A stretch of DNA of 64,000 nt. Origin: Leucoraja ocellata. Its lineage: Eukaryota. Position numbers and translations under genes: made by a program. This document shows positions 24,256 to 36,280 of this stretch, piece by piece. Numbering within the stretch: position 1 is the stretch's first letter; each line of letters begins with the position of its first letter. The DNA lies in assembly GCA_036785375.1 (NCBI GenBank), contig JAWMAR010000569.1, positions 372,001 through 436,000 on the forward strand. Direction: 5' to 3'. The notes beneath the pieces are model-generated. The model was not told the origin of the DNA and did no database searches. It was given only the letters and a program-made list of their open reading frames with translations.

Positions 24256-26244
24256 TGGCGCTCCTGTCCACCATGTGATTTCACCTAGAGTCCCTGAAAG
24301 AAGTCTATGTTGACTGAAGCTCATATTTGGAAATCCAATTAGTTGGTGACATTGATTTGAGTATTTGGTTTTAAATGAGCTGTACATATTCTAAGCTGAA
24401 CGTAATAATGATTTAAGACTGATTTGAATCACTAGCTCAAGCTGACATATCATTATCATATCGCCATTATGGGAACTTGCATGTAAACTGCATGTGCTGT
24501 TTTCTATATGGGAACAGTGTGTTCACTGCAGGAATCTTTAATTAGCTGAAAAGCTCTCGGGGATATCCTGAGGTCAGGAACAGAGGTTTCAGTCCACCCA
24601 TGTTCTTCCTACTGAGGGAAGTGGTCTTGCAGCGAGATCAATGTGTTCATTGTTGTCCAGTGATCCCTCTGCAGATGTATTTGTGGGGATATCAGGCATA
24701 GGTTCAAATGTGACTGGTTTGAAATGCAAGTGAGCCAAGGTAGGGGACTACGTTAAAATACACCTCCATAGGGCAGGAGTAGATTATCATCAAACACTGC
24801 CTCAAAACAGTGCAGGAAGGAACTGCAGATTTGGACAGACATTTCGGGTCGGGACCTTTCTTCAGACTGAAGCAGCTTGTCTTTCCTCCAGCAGTTTGCC
24901 TTTTGCTTACGATTCCAACGTCCGCAGTCTCTTGTGTACCTGAAACATTACGTTTGACTGCACTGCTGTTACCCAATTTGACTGCATGTCACCTGTAATT
25001 TACTTTTATATAAAATAATTCTTAATTCCTTTTGAAATCGACCCTGACCTTTAATAATTATCCCAATCACTAGATGTTTTACTTGTGTAATCTTTCGCTG
25101 ACTGGTCCCAGATAGTCACTGAGATTTGGAGGCACTATGTAAGTAATGAATGATTTAGAAGCTAGTTGAATCTGGGTCATCAACCCTCTCGATCTTAGTC
25201 CCCGCAGCGGCTGGGCCGCTTGGTTCCAGATAACCGAGCCAAGCCGAAATATGTAAGAAGGAACTGCAGACATTGGTTATACACCGAAGATAGACACAAA
25301 ATGCTGGAATAACTCAGCGGGATAGGCAGCATCTCTGGGGACTGTGAGTCATATCAATGGAGATGGGAGTCTAGAAATATGGAAGGGTAAGGTGTGAAAA
25401 CCACAGATCAAAGCAGACGTTGATCAAGGAAATGGTTCATGGTTGGCTGACGGGAAGGTGACAATCAGTGAAATTAATGAGGAGGACAGTGAAACTAGTC
25501 GGAGAACGGCCTCAAAACGTCCAGGTTGCAAACATCATGTTTCAGCAACTACAGCGGGTCAATTGATCCATTGGCAAAACAAATGTAAAGTTCTTGGACA
25601 GAAGTGTGAAGGGAGGAGACAAGTTGGAGGGTCCACATCGGCAGCCCCCCCGGCTGCTTCCCTGGCGCTGCTGAGAACTCTTGGCGTTTGTTAGTCCCGC
25701 TTCAGTCTTATTCGGGGAACAACACGCCCATCTGTCACAAAATGACAGGACATATCTCCCACGGGAGATTGATTATACTACGCATGTTTGAAATCCATGT
25801 TTACTGCTGTAAACTGCTAGCCTTGTTCACCGGGGGTCACGGGGTACTTCTGACAAGGAAACACGCGAGTGCATTAGTGCACATTGCTCGGAAAAGCGCA
25901 ATTGGAAGTTGAAGAGTCGGCGCGTCTAATCCCTGAAACACCCTGACTCGTGGAGATTGCAGCAGTTCAGTACATTGTGTCGTTATCATCTTCTCAAAAC
26001 AATGACTTTGGAAGCCAGCAAACACTGTATGTAACAAAAAAAGTGGATAAGCAGAAGGGAGATTTAGGACGAGGGGTCATAGCCTCAGAATTAAAGGACG
26101 TTCCTTTAAGGAGATGAGGAGGAATTTATTTAGTCAGAGGGTGGTGAATCTGTGTAATTCTTTGCCACTGAAGGATGTGGAGGCCAAGTCAATGGGTACC
26201 CTCCTACCCCTGGCGACATCCTGGTAAATCTTCTCTGTAAATTT

Positions 26245-26692
26245 TGATTCAGTGGCGTGTAAAACCCCACTTGATAACCATGGGCCATTTTAAAATTTTA
26301 CAGCCAGATTTATCACTTCTGAAACTTTTTAGATGACAAAGGAATCAAGAAAAAACACAATGAATGCCTTACTTTTGATGAAATGCAGTGAGCAAACGGC
26401 CAATGTTCGCCAAGCATTTCAGCTGTTGTTGTCCCTTCCGCTCTCGCTTCTATCTACCATAATTTCTCCTCATTTTGGAATTCTGAAGTAGGATAAATGT
26501 CTCTCATGCTTATCCCGATTTCCATAATTATTTACAGCACAAAAATTGACAATTTCAGCGGGTTTTAACGGGCCCGCTACGCTGGAAACAATGGTCAGTG
26601 CCTACCTGCAGTTCATCGCGTGTACTCCAGTTGGCGCAGCGTGGAAACAGTACGTGTCATGGGTTGTGACCCGACTGCCGTGAAACCTCCCT
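26245..26692. mobile_element. Probable DNA transposon end abutting the inverted VCAM1 duplicate
   Basis: VCAM1 homology stops exactly at ...gccgtgaaacctccct|at. The minus strand reads AGGGAGGTTTCACGG, which looks like a terminus. Family not established. Confidence 0.4.
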
Positions 26693-26710
26693 ATAGTGAA
26701 ACCCACGCAC

Positions 26711-26977
26711 CTTGAACGTGGAATTCCACCTCCTTGGTGATTGTCCCCAGTTTATTGCCGGCTTCACAGCGGTACATTCCCGTGTCCCCGAACAGGGCCG
26801 GTGACAGGTGCAGAATCGCTCGGTCCTCGGCCACGACTGACCAGTTGCCGGCAGATAACTTGCTCCACACTATCGTGGCAGCGGGGCTGCTGTCTGCAGC
26901 ACAGGTTAGCCGAACATCCTGACCCTCTCTCTCTGTGGCAGAGGGCTCTGCAGTAATGTCAATCCCCGTGGGAGCAT
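26711..26977 (-). pseudogene. Inverted duplicate of VCAM1 Ig D3 exon (open frame, splice sites intact)
   Basis: Reverse complement of 48813-49079 with a few substitutions (e.g. V>E). AG/GT retained. Confidence 0.9.
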
Positions 26978-27095
26978 CTGTAGAAGGAGATGGGATAATT
27001 CACTACATTAAAGGCGGGCGACTTAAACCATTGTCCAGACTACGTCTATGACTGTGATTCCGTTCTCAATGTTATATCTCTGTCTCCATACTTAC

Positions 27096-27398
27096 AGTGA
27101 ACCTGTAACGTTAGCGACCCCTCAGCCTTGCGTGGTTGGTTCCCCGTGAGTAATTGCACTCGGCATGTCAGCTCTTGTCCCGAGTCTCGCAATTCAGCCG
27201 TCAGTTCGTAGGTGAAGTTCATCGCCGTTTCTTCCTCTGTGTAGTCACGGAAGCTGTCAGTCTTCAGCAATGTTGTTCCTTTCAGCCACTCCACCTCCAC
27301 TTGAGCGGGGTAGACTTTGGGGACCGTACATCTCACGGAACCTCTCTGACCAACTTCCAGGCTGCCCACAGTCTCCACGATGAGTGTGTCGGACAGAG
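27096..27398 (-). pseudogene. Inverted duplicate of VCAM1 Ig D2 exon (open frame, splice sites intact)
   Basis: ORF 27046-27378 matches 48412-48702 within the exon except R>H at the end. AG/GT retained. Confidence 0.9.
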
Positions 27399-27475
27399 CT
27401 GTAATGACATGTGGATTCAGGAATCAAACAGGGATTCAGGGTGGAATGTACAGCGCCCAAGTTGCCCATCGATTT

Positions 27476-27700
27476 AGTCAGAGGGTGGTGAATCTGCGGA
27501 ATTCATTGCCACAGAAGGCTGTGGAGGCCAAGGCAATGGATATATTTAAGGCAGAAATAGGCAGATTCTTGATTAGTACGGGTGTCAGAGGTTATGGGGA
27601 GAAGGCAGGAGAATGGGGTTAAGAGGGAGAGATGGATCAGCCATGATTGAATGGTGGAGTAGACTCGATGGGCCGAATGGGCGAATTCTGCTCCTATAAC
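27476..27700 (+). mobile_element. CR1 3' fragment, co-duplicated from VCAM1 intron 2 (48095-48315)
   Basis: FSQRVVNLRNSLPQKAVEA at both loci. Confidence 0.85.
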
Positions 27701-28249
27701 CTATAACCTTATTTCGCACCGTTCAGTAAATAACCCGGGCGGAATCAAGAGCAGAGGCCGGTGTAGTTTGCTGACTTGTCACTGATAGAGATAAGATACA
27801 GCTGGTGAGTTGACCCAATCTGCATCCAGCGGTCAGGGCCAGCCTTCGATCCCATTCTTTCACTGATTGAGTCAGGTTGCTTGCGTCAATGTGCCAGCCT
27901 TGACCATTACCCTAACATGAACATGCTTCCCCTGTGCTCTTGCTAACTCACTTTTGAAAGCCTCCACTTGCCAGATGTCTGCCAGATGACCTGCAAAGAG
28001 TTCGACCTCATCGACCGCTGCAAATTTACCTCCAAAATAGGCCTCTACTGCTCGCTGAGAGAGGGTTTGCAAGGTGTGTGGGTTGGCAGTACATTCATTC
28101 AAACTCGTCAACCCGCCGAGAAGCCAGGTGTCCAACGCAAAATATTAAGCTTGCTTCAAAGTGATGAGGACATGTTTGCAGCAAATCTAGATTTTTTTCA
28201 CATCAAATAGAACTAAGCTGCTTGCTATTCGTATTTAAATATCTTTTGG

Positions 28250-28560
28250 TTTGGTTCTAACGTGCAAAACGAAGCGGAAAAAAATCTCCGCCACTAAGAC
28301 TAGTTTGCAAAATAGGACTTTCCACCCCCCCCCCCCCGCCCTCTGGGTTAAGCAACCATTCAACTTCATTTTGATCTTCGGATTGTACAAAATTCCAGCG
28401 GTCCCGAGGGAATGGTCCGCTTTCCATCGCCGAGACAAACAAAAGCGCCGCCGAAATCCCCCAAACTGGAGCGTCACGTTACAGGCACGTTATAGATAGC
28501 CAGGTACTTTCACACTGTCTGGAAGCGCCGGAGAATGAAACGTCCCGGGGATTATGAAAG
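28250..28560. promoter_or_regulatory. CpG-rich unique segment with kB-like motifs; candidate enhancer or promoter
   Basis: AGGACTTTCC at 28314-28323, GAAATCCCCC at 28453-28462, CGTCA half-CRE, and high local CpG density. Confidence 0.3.
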
Positions 28561-28634
28561 AAATCAGATAACTCCTGACAAAAGTGTTGAAAGGGGATAT
28601 GAAAACGAAAGTATTGTATGTATAGGGAATGTTC

Positions 28635-28855
28635 TTGAAACGTCCCCTATCCATGTTCTCCAGAGATGCTGCCCGACCCGCTGAGTTACTCCAGCACTTT
28701 AGTCTTCCTGCCAAACTGAAACCGCTTTCTGAAGAAGGGTTTCGGCCCGAAACGTTGCCTATCTCCTTCGCTCCATAGATGCTGCTGCACCCGCTGAGTT
28801 TCTCCAGCATTTTTGTCTACCTTCGATTTTCCAGCATCTGCAGTTCCTTCTTAAA
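28635..28855 (+). mobile_element. Tandem Penelope-tail/MER6-like repeats with a hammerhead-like motif
   Basis: gatgctgcccgacccgctgagttactccagca and ctgaagaagggtttcggcccgaaacgtt. Confidence 0.75.
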
Positions 28856-29629
28856 CACTTCCAATCTCACGCAATAGGTCGCTACTGCTTCCCTTCAGCC
28901 CGTCATAGAAGATAGCCGCTTTCGTCAATATGTAGGAAGGAACGGTAGACGCTGGTTTACACGGAAGATAGACACAAAATGCTGGATTAACTCAGCGAGA
29001 CAGCCAGCATCTCCAGGCTCGTACGAAGCTTTTCAAAAAAGGGCATGACAGGATTACAAAAAACTTAATGTGAAATAATGTGCGCGCTGCGCACATCACG
29101 AGCGCGAAGCGTGAAGTCCCTCGATGCCAGTGTCCCTCGATGCAAGCTCAATGGTTTTAGATGCTCTCTGATGCACTCTGAGCCTTATTTTGGAGCATTT
29201 TTGCACCAAATATATGACCAATATTTCAGAAATTAACAGGAACCTGAGAGGTAGCTTTTTCACATAAAGGGTGCTGGGTGTATGTAACGAGCTGCCAGAG
29301 GAGGTAGCTGGGACTATCCTATTGTTTAAGAGACATTTGGACACGAACATGCATAGGACAGATTTAGATCGATATGGGCCAAACGCGTGTGCGTGGGACT
29401 AGTTTAGATGGGACATGTCGGTCGGCGTGGGCAAGTTGGGCTGAAGGGCCTGTTTCCACACTGCATCATTCTATGACTAAAAAGTGAAGAAGAAAAATGC
29501 ATGTAGATAAGTAGAGCAGATTTGAAAGAGGAGTGAAATGTAAAGGCAGAGAGAGGTTTATGGGTGGAAAGGAACATAGGAAAGGAGGAGGGAGAGTGGG
29601 CTTGGGCAGATGGGTGAAGGGAAAATAGT

Positions 29630-30004
29630 CACAAAGTGCTGAAGTAACTCAGTGGGTCAGGCAGCACCTGTGGGGAACATGGATAGGCGATGTTTCACAG
29701 AGTGCTGGAGTAACTCAGCGAGTCAGGCAGCACCTGTGGAGAACATGGATAGGTGACATGTCACAGAGTGCTGGAGTAACTCAGCGAGTCAGGCAGCACC
29801 TGTGGGGAACATGGATAGGCGATGTTTCACAGAGTGCTGGAGTAACTCAGCGAGTCAGGCAGCATCTGTGGAGAACATGGATAGGTGACATGTCACAGAA
29901 TGCTGGAGTAACTCAGCGAGTCAGGCAGCATCTGTGGAGAACATGAATAGGTGACATGTCACAGAGTGCTGGAGTAACTCAGTGGGTCAGGCAGCATCTC
30001 TGGA
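29630..30004. repeat. 66-bp tandem repeat (~5.6 copies) derived from the Penelope-tail repeat
   Basis: Unit starts at 29630, 29696, 29762, 29828, 29894, 29960. Confidence 0.92.
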
Positions 30005-30214
30005 GGAAAGGTATAGATTATATTTCGGGTCAAGACCGTTCTTCAGTAATATTCATGATGTGACATGCATAGACATTCCTGAATGTTACCCAAACCATCG
30101 TGAGCTACTTTGTTACGGTACTACTATAACATCTCTGCTGCCTTGGGTGATGCAGGACAGGACACAAGCTTTGGGACACAGTGTGAAGCTGTTGCCGTCT
30201 GTCCCAGCCTGGTA

Positions 30215-31810
30215 AAAACCTGGATGGAGTGGATTTGGAGAGGATGTTTCCACTAGTGGGAGAGTCTAGGCCAGTGGCCACAGCCTCAGAATTAAAAGAC
30301 ATTCCTTTAGGAAGGAGATGAGCAGGAATTTCTTAAGTCAGAGGGTGGTGAACTGTGGAATTCATTGCTACAGACAGCTGTGGAGGTCAAGTCAATGGAC
30401 ATTTTTCAGGAGGAGATTGATAGATTCTTGATTGATACGGGTGTCAGAGGTAATGGGGAGAAGGCAGGAGAATGGGTTTGAGAGGGAAAGATAGAGTCAT
30501 AGGATGATACAGTGTGGAAACAGGCCCTTCGGCCCAGCATGTCCCATCTGCACTAGTCCCACCTGCCCACGTTTGATCCATATCCCTCCGAACCTGTCCT
30601 ATCCATGTACCTGTCTAACTGTTTCTTAAATGTTGCGATAGTGCCTGCCTCAACTACCTCCTCTGGCAGCTTGTTCCATACACCTCCCACCCTTTGTGTG
30701 AAAAGCATACCCCACAGATTCCTATTAAATCTTTTGCCCTTCACCTTAAACTTATGTCCTCTGCTCCTTGATTCACTTACTCTGGGCAAAAGACTCAACC
30801 ATATCTATTCAAATCATGATTTTATACACCTCTATTAGATCATCCCTCATCCTCCTGTGCTCCATGAAATAGAGTCCCAGCCTACTCAACCTCGCGCTAT
30901 AGCTCTGGCTCTCTAGTCCTGGCAACATCCTCATAAATCTTCACTGTACCCTTTCCAGTTTGATGACATATTTCCTATAACATGGTGCCCAGAACTGAAC
31001 ACAATACTCTGAATGCGGCCTCACCAACTTCTTATGCAACTGCAACATGACCTCCCAACTTCTATAATCAGCCTGGCCCGCTGAGTTACTCCAGCACTCT
31101 GTGAAACGTCACAGAACAGGGCAAGATTAACAAGTTTGCTGATGATACAGAAGTGAGTGGTTTTGCAGATTGTGAAGATGGTTGTGAAAGATTGCAGCAG
31201 GATCTGGATCAATTAGCCAGGTGGGCAGAGGAATGGTTGATGAAGGTCGTGTGGCAGGTATATCAGGTGGTCAAAAAGTATTTTGGCACTTTGGCCTTCA
31301 TCAGTCAGAGTATTGAGTATAGAAGTTGAGAGGTCATGTTGCAGTTGTATAAGACCTTGGTGAGATCGCATTTAGAATATTGTGTTCAGTTCTGGGCACC
31401 ATGTTATAGGAGAGATGTCAAACTGAAAAGAGTACAGAGATCCCCATTCTGGATCAGTCCAATCAGGGTTGTGTCATCCGCAAACTTGAGAAGCTTGACA
31501 GAGGTGTCTGTGGAGGTGCAGTCATTGGTGTGGCGAGAGTAGAGGAGAGGGGAGAGTATGCATTTTGCGGTGCCCCTATGCTGAGCGTTTGCGGGTCCGA
31601 GATATGCTTTCCCGCCTCAAATGCTGCTTCCTGTCTGTCAGAAAGCTGGTGATCCACCGACTGAGGGGTTCAGGCACAGTCGACTCAGAACGTTTGGAGC
31701 GTGGTAGCTCTGGCACAATGGTGTTGAATGCAGAGCTAAAATCAATAAAACAAAATCCTCGCATAGGTTCCCTGGTGGTCTTGGTGCTGGAGGATGAGTG
31801 GGACTGTTGA
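30215..31810. mobile_element. Cluster of LINE fragments: CR1 (+) 30215-30490, CR1 (-) 30495-31070, CR1 (+) 31110-31440, Rex1 RT (-) 31440-31810
   Basis: Translated motifs [33 protein letters not shown] and FIDFSSAFNTIVP. Confidence 0.8.
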
Positions 31811-31979
31811 TTTTTTTTCCCCGATTTTGTCTTTCTTTTTTTCCCCGATTTTTTCTTCTTCTGTTTTTGTGTGATTTTTTTCTTAGTGGGGAAAAAAGGG
31901 GGGTGCGGTCGCACCCAACGCACCCCCCCTTCGGACGGCCATGATCTCTGGAGAAAAGAAATGGGTCACTTTTCGGGCA

Positions 31980-32075
31980 GAAGAAGTCTGAAGAAGGGTC
32001 TCGACCCGAAACGTCACCCATTCCTTCTCTCCGGTGATGCTGCCTGTCCCGCTGAGTTACTCCAGCATTTTGTGA
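31980..32075 (+). mobile_element. Penelope-tail repeat with the cleanest hammerhead-like core (31988-32015)
   Basis: CTGAAGA-A-GGGTC-TC-GACCC-GAAA-CGTC. Confidence 0.7.
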
Positions 32076-32227
32076 ATATGGTGGATTGCTATTTTCCGGC
32101 CTCGCCACTTTCCTGCCGTCTTTGCCACCCATTCCCTCGTCAACCCAACACCCCCGGCCCTCTGATCACCTTTACATTGTTTTTTCCAACTCCTTATCGT
32201 TGTCTCCCGAGTTCCCTAACATTACAT

Positions 32228-32450
32228 AATAATATAATAATAATAATAAATCTTATTTATATAGCACATTTTTAGTCAACTTGCATTGACCCCAAAGTGC
32301 TTCACATAATTACATTACATTTACACACAGGCAAAGGTGGGTGAAGTGTCTTGCCCCAAGGACACAACGACAGTATGCACTCCAAGCGGGATTCGAACCG
32401 GCTACCTTCAGGTCGCCAGCCGAACACTTAGCCCATTGCGCCATCTGTCG
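32228..32450 (-). mobile_element. tRNA-derived SINE with L2-like tail
   Basis: The minus strand has an A-box-like TGGCGCAATGG and a B box GGTTCGAATCC. Ends in gtgaagcactttgggg...tgctatataaataag(att)n. Confidence 0.75.
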
Positions 32451-33169
32451 TCCCACATCCAAAAGTAAATATCCTTGCAGCCGCACCCATGCACCATGCA
32501 TAGTTTCTGTCATCAGACTATTAGATACAACATCTGGACAGAAACATCTCTCTTTAATCACACACACAAAAAGTTGAATACCCAGCCAATCAGAAAATAT
32601 CCTTGGACAGATATTCTGGACGAAATTCCTCCCAAGGGGGTTAAGAAAAACTCTCCTTACAGCACACTGCTTGTACTGTTGTGTGTTTCCAGCATTTATT
32701 GCTTTTTATGTCAGATTTCCAGATTTTTTTTTTTTTTTAATTTTCTAAATATCTTCTTTAGCTCAAAATGTTGGCAGTTCTGGGACATGCCTTGGATTTA
32801 AAAAGATGATTTAAAGCATTAAATAAAGGTAGATTGTTGCTGGCACAGTCTAATGTGAATGATTTTGAAGCATGTTTAGTCTCATTTACAAATATATACA
32901 AGTTCACAGACTGTGGAGGAAGCGACAAGTCACAGATTTGTTTCTTGCTAAAAGCTCACCAAGTCTCCCACCATAGCCTACGTACGGGTTTATTTGCTCA
33001 ATTCGTTCCTTGGTAAAATTGCTCTGAATTGTTTCAGATGTTTCAGAGTTTCAGAGAATAAGAATTCTCATCCAGAGCATTCTGACTTTATTTATTCAGA
33101 AAAGCCAAGGGACAGGTTTCCTTCTATTTAAGTTTACAGCAAAACCATATGAAGCAGATTTGGATTCCT

Positions 33170-33390
33170 TAATTTTTTCACACAAAGGGGGGTGGATGTA
33201 TGGAATGAGCTGTCAGAGGAGGTAGTAGAGGCAGAGACTATCCCAACATTTAAGAAACAGTTAGACAGGCACATGATTTGGAGGGATATGGACCAAATGC
33301 GGGCAGGTGGGACTAGTGTAGCTGGGACATGTTGGCTGGTGTGGGCAAGTTGGGCCGAAGGGCCAGTTTCCACACTCTGTGACTCTATAA
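33170..33390 (+). mobile_element. CR1 3' fragment
   Basis: VWNELSEEVVEAETIPTFKKQLDRHM. Confidence 0.8.
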
Positions 33391-34829
33391 TGTACAGCCT
33401 GTGACAATTGTAAGAAGGAGGGTAGCGATAAATTCCTGTTTTATTGGCAACCCTGATGTGTATTCTGGAAGACTAAACTTTTCTTTATTTTCATTTCTAG
33501 TCCAATTGTTATCCCCAACTTTTGATCAAATTAAGTTTATTGACTTGGACAAAAGCTATTGTTTCAATTCTCATAATTAAGTTAATTTAAGTCCTCTTGC
33601 AGCCATCAGTCTCACCCCACATCACCCGCAGGAGATAAGGCTAATCTCAGGACACTGTCATGGCCAGGATTACTCAAGGCAAGGAATGTTAGGCTTCCAA
33701 GTCCCTTTGACCTTGAGGTCCGCACAATTTGTGTGGATTTTTGCTTCCCTTCTCTTTCTGCGAGACACATTATTTTCCTTCATTGTGACTATTTTTCTTA
33801 CCATTGTGCTGCCAGAAAAATATGAGTTGTTATTTACAGTTCCAGCAGGCCTTGTTTGTTTTGTTTCATACCATCTGTCCATGACGCTAGGATTTAAATT
33901 ATATTCCAAATCATTTTATAGCCTCCCAATCCCAACATGATAGAACAACTTTTGGTTTTAACCATAGATCTTCTTTTCTCGCCGGTGGCTGCTCCATAGT
34001 GACTGTGAGCAAAAAAATGGAGCAAGCTGTTGTTTTGTGCAACGATCGCCGACTGGTCTGTAATTTTGGGGCGGTCTCTACCACTGACATTTCTGCCAGA
34101 TTTCCTGATCATGGGTTCATGTGATGATAAACTAATCTCATGTTCATGTTTTTGTTACTAATCCCGTCTCATGTTGATGTCCCTAGTTCATGTGAACACA
34201 ACCAACAGCAGCAGTAGTTGTCCAGAGGGTCCATTGAGTCTGCCTTGCATTTCAATGAAATCATCTAATCTTGACCTTCAATCCTACTCCTTTCCCATTT
34301 CTAATTCTTCACTCCCCGTGTGACCAAAAATCGGTCACAGACTTAAATCTATTTCATTGTTCATCTCTCCAGGATAGAGATTTCCAAATGATGAAATAAC
34401 ATGGCCCATGTTGGGCTGTGTCATCCTGTAACAGTAACAGGAGCTACAAAATGCTATGCAATGATCAGGAAACCTTTTGTTTAATGATCAGAAGCAAATT
34501 ATTCTCTTCATATTGCCTTTGGGAGAGGCTACAGAAAGGTTTTAAATGCAAATTCGTCCAACTTTTCCTGGAACCTGCACTAATGAAATTTCGATACTTT
34601 CTTTTGGCCCTTGCTCTTCCTTGAGTTACGTAAATTCCTTCTGCAGGAGCATCTCACACTTTATGACAGAACCACTTGGTCTCACCATCTGACATTCACT
34701 GATCTGTGAATGGCAGGTGTGCATTCTGTTCCAACTCAATATATCTGTGCAAACCAATGCAAAAGTTTATGAATATGAATTGTCTCAATTGAATTTAGCT
34801 CCTTCGTCAGCCAATGAATAAAAAAGCAG

Positions 34830-35015
34830 TAAATAGACACATTAGCAGAGTGGGGCAGGCAGCATCTCTGGAGAGAAAGAATGGGTGACCTTTCGGGTCG
34901 AGAACAGTCTGAAGAAGGGTCTCAACCCGAAACGTCACCCATACCTTCTCTCCAGAGTTACTTCAGCATTTTGTGTCTATCTTTGATTTAAACCAGCATC
35001 TGCAGTTCCTTCCAC
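34830..35015. mobile_element. Palindromic head-to-head Penelope-tail (MER6-like) element
   Basis: An inverted partial tail is followed by the forward copy ctgaagaagggtctcaacccgaaacgtcaccc. Confidence 0.65.
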
Positions 35016-35269
35016 CACATAAAAAAGCAGGATAAGGTAAGTGACTGGATTTACATCAAAAAAAGTTAACTTACAGGAAAAGCAACGCCTCTTTATAGTA
35101 CAAATAATACTCAATACCAAAAATTACATCCATCACCCTCAAGGAAATAAGGGTAATTTCTACAGGAAAATATACTTAACAAAAGACTGTTTAGTTTAGA
35201 CAATTGGCACGTGTACCGAAGAACAATGGAAATGTTTTGTTGCGTGCTAACCAGTCGGCGGAACGACAA

Positions 35270-35833
35270 TGAAACATAGAAACATAGAAATTAGGTGCAG
35301 GAGTAGGCCATTCGGCCCTTCGAGCCTGCACCGCCATTCAATATGATCATGGCTGATCATCCAACTCAGTATCCCGTACCTGCCTTCTCTCCATACCCTC
35401 TGATCCCCTTAGCCACAAGGGCCACATCTAACTCCCTCTTAAATATAGCCAATGAACTGGCCTCGACTACTCTCTGCGGCAGAGAGTTCCAGAGATTCAC
35501 CACTGTCTGTGTGTAAAAAGATTTTCTCATCTCGGTTTTAAAGGATTTCCCACTTATCCTTACGCTGTGACCCCTTGTCCTGGACTTCCCCAACATCGGG
35601 AACAATCTTCCTGCATCTAGCCTGTCCAACCCCTTAAGAATTTTGTAAGTTTCTATAAGATCCCCTCTCAATCTCCTAAATTCTAGAGATTACTAGACCA
35701 AGTGCAGACCCGTTGGGTCTGTTCCCCCAACGTGTGGTTGTGGGGGGGGAGGCGGCATGCAGCGTCACACACTAACTACCCCCCCCCCCCCCCTCCTCCC
35801 ACACTCACACTAATGGAGGGGAGGAGGGGGGGG

Positions 35834-35864
<31 letters not shown>

Positions 35865-36280
35865 AGTAGAGAGGAGGGAGGAGAGAGGGGGGAGGAGGGA
35901 GGGGGAGGGGGGGAGGAGAGGAGAGGGGGGAGGAGAGGAGAGGAGGATAGGAGAGGGGGAGAGGAGAGCAATCTTCCTGCATCGGGAGCAATCTTCCTGC
36001 ATCTAGCCTGTCCAACCCCTTAAGAATTTTGTAAATTTCTATAAGATCCCCTCTCAATCTCCTAAATTCTAGAGAGTATAAACCAAGTCTATCCAGTCTT
36101 TCTTCATAAGACAGTCCTGACATCCCAGGAATCAGTCTGGTGAACCTTCTCTGTACTCCCTCTATGGCAATAATGTCCTTCCTCAGATTTGGAGACCAAA
36201 ACTGTACGCAATACTCCAGGTGTGGTCTCACCAAGACCCTGTACAACTGCAGTAGAACCTCCCTGCTCCTATACTCAAAT
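35270..36280 (-). mobile_element. Young CR1/HER1 LINE 3' part, interrupted, with a duplicated ~90-bp segment
   Basis: ORFs [28 protein letters not shown] and RGDLIETYKIL..VVNLWNSLP. (ctatgttt)n tail. Confidence 0.9.
35693..35970 (-). mobile_element. Helitron-like 3' terminus plus purine-rich low-complexity tract inserted in the CR1
   Basis: Minus strand: hairpin CAGACCC-AAC-GGGTCTG, then 8 nt, then CTAG|T. Confidence 0.55.

Noticed and set aside
27870-28210. ORFs next to the inverted VCAM1 copy as a possible missing D1 or signal exon
   Set aside because: No Ig motifs; SKIGLY resembles a decayed RTE LINE C-terminus.
32340-32450. tRNA-like A and B boxes
   Set aside because: Head of a SINE continuing into a LINE-like tail; not a complete cloverleaf.
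33670-33940. Hydrophobic 84-aa ORF (+) and overlapping 79-aa ORF (-) as possible extra exons
   Set aside because: No homology recognised and no consistent splice structure linking them to nearby genes.
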